Part shown: piece after piece, positions 57,359-64,000 of the stretch | How positions within the stretch are numbered: position 1 is the first letter of the stretch | Layout: every line of letters begins with the position of its first letter | NCBI GenBank assembly: GCA_050253415.1 | Contig: JBFWJC010000003.1 | Coordinates: forward strand, 256,001 to 320,000 | Direction of reading: 5' to 3' | From: Pedobacter sp. | GTDB lineage: Bacteria; Desulfobacterota; Desulfuromonadia; Desulfuromonadales; Syntrophotaleaceae | DNA: 64,000 bases | Position numbers and translations under genes: made by a program | Notes under the pieces: model-generated | Seen by the model: the letters and a program-made list of their open reading frames with translations, nothing else | Database searches by the model: none | What the model was told of the DNA's origin: nothing

Positions 57359-57910
57359 ATGACTCTGGCTTACTCGCAGGATATGCCCCTTGGTCGCAAA
57401 ATGCCGTCATTTCGTCTGAAGGACCCCGAAGGACGCGTTTTTGACAGCGATGAACTGATCGGACGTAAAGGCCTTTTGGTTGTTTTTACCTGCAACCATT
57501 GTCCTTATGCTGGAGCACAATGGCCACGGATCGTGCGTTTGGCTACCGAATTCCAGCCCAGGGGCATTTCTACCGTTGCCATCAATAGTAATATTCACCC
57601 TGACTATCCGGAAGATGCCCCGGCGCGGATGAAGCATAAAATAGCTGAACTGCACCTGGAATTTCCTTACCTTGTTGACGATACACAACAAGTGGCCCGC
57701 GATTTTGCGGCGCAATGTACGCCGGATCCTTACTTGTTTGACGGGGATGGATGTCTTGTGTATCACGGTCGGATCGACGATAACTGGAAGACCGAACGGG
57801 AGGTGACGCGGCAGGAGTTGAGGGCTGCTATGGAAGCACTTGTGCATGGCGCGCCGCCGCTGGCGGTTCAGTCACCATCTATGGGATGTTCCATTAAATG
57901 GCGCCAGTAA
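57359..57910 (+). CDS. Thioredoxin-like/AhpC-TSA family protein
   Basis: CNHCPY, AQCTPD, YHGRIDD and SMGCSIKW motifs; SD GGAGGTG. Confidence 0.9.
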   Translation: MTLAYSQDMPLGRKMPSFRLKDPEGRVFDSDELIGRKGLLVVFTCNHCPYAGAQWPRIVRLATEFQPRGISTVAINSNIHPDYPEDAPARMKHKIAELHLEFPYLVDDTQQVARDFAAQCTPDPYLFDGDGCLVYHGRIDDNWKTEREVTRQELRAAMEALVHGAPPLAVQSPSMGCSIKWRQ

Positions 57911-57999
57911 GGGCTGTTGGAGCGGTCAACGTGGTGCTGATGCCTACTTCTTTGTGCGAAACGCTTAAACAATGAACCGCACGGGAACCCGGTTGATCA

Positions 58000-58033
58000 A
58001 AAAAGCCCGGAGGAAGCGTCCTCCGGGCTTTTT
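58000..58033. terminator. Bidirectional terminator between convergent genes
   Basis: AAAAAGCCCGGAGGA-AGCG-TCCTCCGGGCTTTTT. Confidence 0.9.
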
Positions 58034-58052
58034 AGTTTTGCATGGTCCCGGT

Positions 58053-59243
58053 TCAGATCAGGCCGGCGTCTCGGGCGACCTTTTCCCAGGCGGGAAGGCT
58101 TGCTTGAATGGTCTCCATGGGCACGCAATAGGCGATGCGGAAAAATCCCGGCGCGCCGAAACCCTGCCCCGGAACGACCAGTATGCGGTGTTCCTGGGTC
58201 ATGCGGGCGAAGGCTACGTCGTCTTTGAGGGGAGATTCGGGAAACAAGTAGAAGCCTCCCTGGGGCTCCACCATCCGGAAGCCAAGACCGGTAAGGTGAT
58301 TGTAGAGCACGTCACGCTTGGCCTGGTAGTCGGAAATGTCGACTCTTTCTTCCTGCAAGCCGGCGACCAGGCGTTGCATGAGGGCCGGAGCATTGACGAA
58401 GCCCAAAACGCGATTGCAGAAAATCGCGCCTTCCATGAATTTCTGCACATCGTCCATGGCCGGATTGGCGGCCAGGTAGCCGATACGCTCGCCGGGCAAG
58501 GCAAGATCCTTGGAGTGGGATGTAACGATAATGGCATTTCGCACATGGGAAAAGATACAGGGCACCGTGGCCTGGTCGTAGGTCAGGCGTGCATAAGGTT
58601 CGTCCGACAACACGAACAGGGTGCGGTTCAGCTCTTTTTCTTTACGTTCGAGCATCTCGCCGAGGGCTTTAAGGTCTTCCGGCGGATAGATGACCCCGGT
58701 GGGGTTGTTGGGTGAATTGATAATGATGGCCCGGGTTTTAGGGCCGATAGCGGCTTCTATGGCGTTGATATCGAGCTGAAAACTGTCGGCACGGGTATGA
58801 ACGGTTTTGGTAGTGCCTCCATGATTGTCGACATAGAAGATATATTCAACGAAATAGGGGGCAAGGATCAAGACTTCGTCGCCGGGATCGAGAATCGTCT
58901 TGAGCGTAACGTTAAGTGCCCCGCCGGCACCGCAAGTCATGATGATATGCTGCGCCTCAACCGTGGCAGGTGCTGTGCGCGACAGATGCTGCGCCACAGC
59001 TGCCCGGGTTTCCGGATAACCGGCGTTGTTCATATAGCGGTGCATGCCTGGCTGCGGGTTCTGCGCCAGAGTCAGCAGTGCCTTGTTAAATGCCTCGGGA
59101 GGTTCGGTGGAAGGGTTGCCAAGGGTAAAGTCGAACACCTGATCTTCGCCGTGGATGGCTTTGAGGCGTGTGCCTTCTTCGAACATCTTGCGAATCCATG
59201 ATGCCCGTTCAATGAATCCGGAAATCTTACTGGAAATTGCCAT
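58053..59243 (-). CDS. Class I PLP-dependent aminotransferase (aspartate aminotransferase-like)
   Basis: NSPNNPTG, SDEPY and SHSKDLALPGERIGY (PLP-Lys) motifs; start set to MAISSK behind GGGAGG. Confidence 0.92.
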   Translation of the reverse strand: MAISSKISGFIERASWIRKMFEEGTRLKAIHGEDQVFDFTLGNPSTEPPEAFNKALLTLAQNPQPGMHRYMNNAGYPETRAAVAQHLSRTAPATVEAQHIIMTCGAGGALNVTLKTILDPGDEVLILAPYFVEYIFYVDNHGGTTKTVHTRADSFQLDINAIEAAIGPKTRAIIINSPNNPTGVIYPPEDLKALGEMLERKEKELNRTLFVLSDEPYARLTYDQATVPCIFSHVRNAIIVTSHSKDLALPGERIGYLAANPAMDDVQKFMEGAIFCNRVLGFVNAPALMQRLVAGLQEERVDISDYQAKRDVLYNHLTGLGFRMVEPQGGFYLFPESPLKDDVAFARMTQEHRILVVPGQGFGAPGFFRIAYCVPMETIQASLPAWEKVARDAGLI

Positions 59244-59400
59244 GGGTCCTCCCTTATCGAAAGCATATTTGATCATTTCGTCGCAGTGTAATTCCTGAGA
59301 CATAACGGGTCAAGGAATAAGGTTTGATGCAGGCTTTCGTTTGCTTTTTGTGCATGGATAGGCTAATCTTTCAAGCCAAAATTCTCTGGGTGGAGTGACC

Positions 59401-60483
59401 ATGATAAAAAACGACTCAAACATTTTAGCTGTACTGCGTCAGAAGATTGATGCTGTTGACGACCAGATTCTGTCCCTTCTTAATCAGCGGGCTTGTCTCG
59501 CGCAGGAGATAGGTCATGCCAAGGCAGGTCAGGGGCTCGATTACTATAACCCCGGCCGTGAACTTGCGGTGTTTGAACGTCTTATTGCCCAGAACAGCGG
59601 ACCTTTTCCCTCTGAGGCTATCCGGCGTGTGTTTAGAGAGATTATCTCCGCATCGTTGTCGCTCGAACAGCCTATCAAGGTTGCTTTCCTTGGACCGGCA
59701 GCGACTTTTACCCACCAGGCCTCTCAGCGGCAGTTCGGGTTTTCCGCACAATTGACGGCGCAGAAAAGTATCCCCGCCGTATTTGAAGAGGTGCGCAGGG
59801 GACGCGCCGATTACGGGGTGGTCCCGGTTGAAAATACCACCGAAGGCATCGTGTCGCATACGCTTGACATGTTCATTGAATCCGATCTTATGATCAATGC
59901 CGAAATTCTTCTGGAAATCTCCCATGATCTCCTGTCTCTTACCGGGAACATGGAGGATATTCGCAAGGTCATGTCGCATCCCCAGGCTTTGGCTCAATGC
60001 CGCCACTGGCTTGAGGAGAATCTCCCTGATGTGCCCTTGCTCGATGCTCCCAGTACGGCTATGGCGGCACGCCAGGCAGCGGAGGATCCCAGCACGGCGG
60101 CCATTGCCAGTGAGATCGCCGCGTCTCTGTACGGATTGCGCACCGTCAAACCAAGAATTCAGGATAACACCAACAATGTAACCCGCTTTCTGGTTGTCGG
60201 ACGCAAACTGACGGGACGCACCGGACATGACAAAACCTCGGTTATGTTCATCGTTGCAGATGAGCCTGGCATCCTCGCCAGAATGCTTGAACCGTTCAGC
60301 AGTCGGGGTATTAACCTCGCCAAGATTGAAAGTCGTCCTATTAAGTCCAAGGCATGGGAGTATGTATTCTTTCTTGATCTGGAAGGGCATGTCGAGGATG
60401 TTGCTATCAGTGAGGCCCTGGCCGACCTGAAAGCCTGCTGTCGTTCCTTCAAGATTCTTGGTTCTTATCCTCGTTGTCGTTGA
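59401..60483 (+). CDS. pheA: Chorismate mutase/prephenate dehydratase (P-protein)
   Basis: N-terminal AroQ domain (LRQKIDAVD); PVENT, SHPQALAQC, TRF and IESRP motifs. Confidence 0.96.
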   Translation: MIKNDSNILAVLRQKIDAVDDQILSLLNQRACLAQEIGHAKAGQGLDYYNPGRELAVFERLIAQNSGPFPSEAIRRVFREIISASLSLEQPIKVAFLGPAATFTHQASQRQFGFSAQLTAQKSIPAVFEEVRRGRADYGVVPVENTTEGIVSHTLDMFIESDLMINAEILLEISHDLLSLTGNMEDIRKVMSHPQALAQCRHWLEENLPDVPLLDAPSTAMAARQAAEDPSTAAIASEIAASLYGLRTVKPRIQDNTNNVTRFLVVGRKLTGRTGHDKTSVMFIVADEPGILARMLEPFSSRGINLAKIESRPIKSKAWEYVFFLDLEGHVEDVAISEALADLKACCRSFKILGSYPRCR

Positions 60484-60524
60484 ATTTTTGATTAAATTTT
60501 TCCATATAGGTGTGGATATTTGAC

Positions 60525-61391
60525 ATGGCGGAATTTTTTGTTCCCAAATTGGCTGTGGTCGGTGTCGGTCTTATCGGTGGCTCTTTTGCCCTGGCGCTTA
60601 AAGAGGCTGGCCTGGTCGGCGAGATCGTCGGTATCGGCCGGGGCCGGGCTAACCTGGAGACGGCTCGCGAAAAAGGCATCATCGATGCCTTTACGCATTC
60701 CTTGTCCGAAGGTGTTGCTGGAGCTGATGTGGTTTTTTTATCGACCCCTGTGCAGACCCTGTCCAAGGTTGCATCGGAGGTCTTGCCCCATATGAAGCCC
60801 GGGTCTATTCTGACGGATGGTGGTAGCGTCAAAGCGGATGTTATCGCGGCTATTGAGCCGATGCTGCCCGCAGATGTTCATTTTGTGCCCGGGCATCCTG
60901 TGGCCGGCACGGAACAGAGTGGGGCCGCAGCGGCCTTTGCGACACTCTACCAGGGGCGTCGATGCATACTGACCCCGACTTCCCGTACCTCTCCCGACGC
61001 TCTGGCGAAGATAAAACATCTGTGGCAAGCTGCCGGTAGTGAAGTGGTTGTCATGACACCGGAAAAACACGACCGGATTCTTGCGGCCATCAGCCATCTG
61101 CCGCATATGGTTGCCTACGCCCTGGTCGATGCCGTTGGCAATTGCAGTGATGAGAATGAAAATATCCTCAATTATTCGGCAGGCGGGTTTCGAGATTTTA
61201 CCCGTATAGCGTCTTCCGATCCGACCATGTGGCGGGATATCGCTCTGAGCAATCGTACTGCCTTGCTGGAAGTGATCGAAAACTTTGAAAAAAGTCTGGC
61301 TGAAGTCAAGCAGGATATTGCCGCTGGTAACGGCGAGGGATTGTATGAGTTTTTTCTGCGTTCCAAGCAGAGGCGAGATGCCATTATTTAA
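60525..61391 (+). CDS. tyrA: Prephenate/arogenate dehydrogenase
   Basis: GVGLIGGS, DGGSVK, HPVAGTE, SHLPH and GFRDFTRIA motifs. Confidence 0.93.
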   Translation: MAEFFVPKLAVVGVGLIGGSFALALKEAGLVGEIVGIGRGRANLETAREKGIIDAFTHSLSEGVAGADVVFLSTPVQTLSKVASEVLPHMKPGSILTDGGSVKADVIAAIEPMLPADVHFVPGHPVAGTEQSGAAAAFATLYQGRRCILTPTSRTSPDALAKIKHLWQAAGSEVVVMTPEKHDRILAAISHLPHMVAYALVDAVGNCSDENENILNYSAGGFRDFTRIASSDPTMWRDIALSNRTALLEVIENFEKSLAEVKQDIAAGNGEGLYEFFLRSKQRRDAII

Positions 61392-61473
61392 AATGTGTGC
61401 GATTGACTGTATGGATGAAATCTTACTCTGGGGTCCTGATGGTATCTCAAGCAAATAGCACGTTGGGGGAGCA

Positions 61474-62769
61474 ATGAGTGAACAGCAAATAATTCAACCT
61501 GGTGGCCGGTTGTGTGGTGAAGTGCAGGTTCCCGGCGACAAATCCATTTCCCATAGGGCTATTATGCTTGGCGCTTTGGGCGAGGGGGAAACGGTCGTTC
61601 GTGGGCTGCTGCGCGGCGAGGACAATCTTGCGACCCTCGAAGCTTTTCGCTCCATGGGAGTTGAAGTCGCTGAGGATGCGGATGGTACTCTGCGTATTTC
61701 AGGTCGCGGATTGCATGGTTTGCAGGAGCCTCAGGATGTTATCGATTGTGGCAATTCCGGGACCACTATGAGGTTGATGACAGGTCTGCTGGCCGGTCAA
61801 CAATTCTTTTCGGTTATGACGGGCGACCGGTTTTTGCGTAAGCGTCCGATGAAGCGCGTTGTTGCGCCCTTAACCAATATGGGAGCCCGGATTCTGGGTC
61901 GACTTGGCGGCGAATATGCGCCGTTGGCCATTCAGGGGCAGGCGTTGAAAGGCATAACCCACCATTCCTCGGTAGCCAGTGCGCAGGTCAAGTCCGCTCT
62001 TTTGTTGGCCGGACTGTATGCCGAGGGCCCGACCACCATCCACGAACCGCATCTCTCCAGGGATCACAGCGAGCGCATGTTAACTTGGTTCGGTGCGGAT
62101 GTCAGGCCGTTTCCCGGTGGGGTTACTCTGATGCCCGGAGCGCGGTTGCAGGGGCGAGAGGTTGTGGTGCCGGGTGATATTTCCTCTGCGGCATTTTTCA
62201 TGGTAGCAGCGCTTATCGTCCCTGGTTCTGAGTTGCTCATAAAGCAGGTTGGTGTTAACCCGACTCGCAGTGGTATCATCGATATCCTGCGGGAAATGGG
62301 TGGAGATATTTCTTTGCTGAATGAGCGTGACTGTTCCGGTGAGCCGGTTGCCGATATTCTGGTCAGGGCCAGCGATCTCAGGGGTATTGATATCGGTGGA
62401 AGTGTTGTGCCGCGAGCCATTGATGAATTCCCCGTTGTCAGTGTAGCGGCAGCTTTTGCCCAAGGGCAGACGGTCATACGTGATGCCAGGGAATTGCGCG
62501 TCAAGGAAACCGATCGTATCGCCTCCATGTGCTCAGAGCTTGGTGCGCTCGGTGCACAGGTCGAAGCTCGCGATGACGGCATGGTGATCACCGGCGGCGC
62601 TCCCCTGGGAGCAGGCACTGTCCGCTCTTTGGGCGATCATCGTATCGGCATGAGCATGGCCGTCGCTGCATTGCGTGCGTCCGGTCCGGTGACGGTTGTT
62701 GATACGGAATGTACGGCAACCTCCTTTCCCGGTTTTTGGGAGCTCTTTAATGGGGTCCGTGAACGCTAA
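61474..62769 (+). CDS. aroA: EPSP synthase (class II)
   Basis: PGDKSISHR, GNSGTT, SAQVKS, RVKETDRI and DHRIGMS motifs. Confidence 0.97.
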   Translation: MSEQQIIQPGGRLCGEVQVPGDKSISHRAIMLGALGEGETVVRGLLRGEDNLATLEAFRSMGVEVAEDADGTLRISGRGLHGLQEPQDVIDCGNSGTTMRLMTGLLAGQQFFSVMTGDRFLRKRPMKRVVAPLTNMGARILGRLGGEYAPLAIQGQALKGITHHSSVASAQVKSALLLAGLYAEGPTTIHEPHLSRDHSERMLTWFGADVRPFPGGVTLMPGARLQGREVVVPGDISSAAFFMVAALIVPGSELLIKQVGVNPTRSGIIDILREMGGDISLLNERDCSGEPVADILVRASDLRGIDIGGSVVPRAIDEFPVVSVAAAFAQGQTVIRDARELRVKETDRIASMCSELGALGAQVEARDDGMVITGGAPLGAGTVRSLGDHRIGMSMAVAALRASGPVTVVDTECTATSFPGFWELFNGVRER

Positions 62770-62811
62770 GGTGAAGACCTTTTACCTGCATGTGCTAGAA
62801 AGGTAACCATA

Positions 62812-63516
62812 TTGAAACAGCAGTTGATTATAGCCATAGACGGTCCTTCCGGAGTGGGCAAGAGTACTCTGAGTCGTCGCCTGGCTCAGAAGCTTCGGTA
62901 TGTGAATATCGATACCGGTGCCATGTATCGCTCAGTGGCTCTGGCCGCCCATAGGGCAGGCATTGCCATGGACGATGGGGAAGCTCTGGGGCAGCTGTGT
63001 GCGAATCTGGAAATCAGGTTCGTTCGCAAGGATGGTTTGGAGAAGATTCTTCTGGATGGCGAAGATGTGTCTGAGGCTATCCGCACGCCCGAGATAAGTC
63101 TGCTTTCTTCGCAAGTTTCAGCGCAACCTGCAGTGCGACGGGCTATGTTGTCCTTGCAGCGACAGATGGGGGAGCATGGCGGTGTTGTACTGGAGGGGCG
63201 GGATATAGGGACCGTTGTTTTCCCTATGGCCGAAGTGAAGTTTTTTCTTGCAGCGACAGCCACGGAGAGGGCAAAACGTCGGTACCTTGAACTGAAAGCG
63301 AAGGGGCTAGATGTTGACCTTGCTCAGACTCTTGCCGAGGTAGAAGCGAGAGATGCCGCCGATTGCGGGCGTGAGCACGCACCCTTGCGTCAGGCGCAGG
63401 ACGCGGTGCTTATCGACACGACGGTACTTGATATCGATCAGGTGCTCGAACGTATGCTTGAGGTGGTTGCCGAACGTCAATCGGTTTGTCATACAAAAGG
63501 GAGTGTAGCCCCATGA
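62812..63516 (+). CDS. cmk: Cytidylate kinase
   Basis: IDGPSGVGKST, DTGAMYR and EGRDIGTVVFP motifs; TTG start. Confidence 0.97.
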   Translation: MKQQLIIAIDGPSGVGKSTLSRRLAQKLRYVNIDTGAMYRSVALAAHRAGIAMDDGEALGQLCANLEIRFVRKDGLEKILLDGEDVSEAIRTPEISLLSSQVSAQPAVRRAMLSLQRQMGEHGGVVLEGRDIGTVVFPMAEVKFFLAATATERAKRRYLELKAKGLDVDLAQTLAEVEARDAADCGREHAPLRQAQDAVLIDTTVLDIDQVLERMLEVVAERQSVCHTKGSVAP

Positions 63517-64000
63517 AGATTATTCTGGCGGACAGTGCCGGTTTCTGTTTTGGCGTTAAGCGGGCCACCAACCTGGCTTTTGAAGCTGCGGAACAATACC
63601 CGCATATCTGCTCGTTGGGGCCTATAATTCATTCGCCTCAAGTTGTTAAAAAGCTTGAAGAAAAGGGCGTTAAGGTCATCCGGAAAGTTGAGGATATCGA
63701 CCATGGTGCCGTTATTATTCGTTCTCATGGAATAACGGCAGAAGAGCTTGATGTGATACATCACCGTGCCCTCAATATCGTAGATGCCACCTGTCCATTT
63801 GTAAAAAAAGCCCAGGATTACGCGACAATGCTCTGTAATGAGGGGTACTCGGTGGTTCTGGTCGGTGAAAAAGATCACCCTGAAGTACAAGGGATTATTT
63901 CCTATACCCGTGGCGGTGAGGTTTTTGTGGTAGCTGATTGCAAAGAGGCACAACGCTTGCCAGACAGGCCCAAGCTTGGCATCGTTGCCCAGACCACCCA
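63513..64000 (+). CDS. ispH: HMBPP reductase (partial, runs off the window)
   Basis: Read directly from the sequence (absent from the ORF track): MKIILADSAGFCFGVKRA, RSHG, DATCPFVKK, HPEV, AQTT. Confidence 0.95.
   Translation, partial: MKIILADSAGFCFGVKRATNLAFEAAEQYPHICSLGPIIHSPQVVKKLEEKGVKVIRKVEDIDHGAVIIRSHGITAEELDVIHHRALNIVDATCPFVKKAQDYATMLCNEGYSVVLVGEKDHPEVQGIISYTRGGEVFVVADCKEAQRLPDRPKLGIVAQTT

Overview
A 64-kb, gene-dense, almost entirely + strand block of core housekeeping genes. Gene content and order point to a deltaproteobacterium of the Desulfuromonadales (Pelobacter/Syntrophotalea/Geobacter-like); this is an inference. In order: kdsB-pyrG-kdsA-kdsD-kdsC-lptCAB-rpoN-hpf-ptsN-rapZ; a complete mannose-family PTS (IIA/IIB/IIC/IID) with ptsH and ptsI; metK, a GT2 glycosyltransferase, a lipoprotein and sahR-ahcY; lptFG (minus strand); rpsB-tsf-pyrH-frr-uppS-cdsA-dxr-rseP-tsaB; ilvD-ilvBN-psd; a Leu T-box before leuACD; leuB-asd-ecfT-like-truA-rplM-rpsI-argC; a YgiQ radical SAM gene; queA-tgt-yajC-secDF-recJ; a thioredoxin-like protein; an aminotransferase (minus strand); pheA-tyrA-aroA-cmk-ispH (partial). 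I saw no tRNA, rRNA, CRISPR array, IS element, prophage or defence island, and no clearly new large system. The most interesting signals are small-scale. (i) cdsA appears to start at a non-canonical ATT behind a strong SD. (ii) An unannotated Leu-rich 33-aa ORF with a strong SD lies between the T-box terminator and leuA. (iii) A full sugar-type PTS sits in the rpoN/ptsN/rapZ operon with no catabolic genes. (iv) A TIGR04283-like glycosyltransferase sits inside the SAM-cycle cluster. (v) An orphan, degenerate EcfT lies in a Firmicutes-like ecfT-truA-rplM-rpsI order. (vi) A possible switch-like RNA leader precedes secD. Start codons were adjusted by eye from the ORF track, and no database searches were run.
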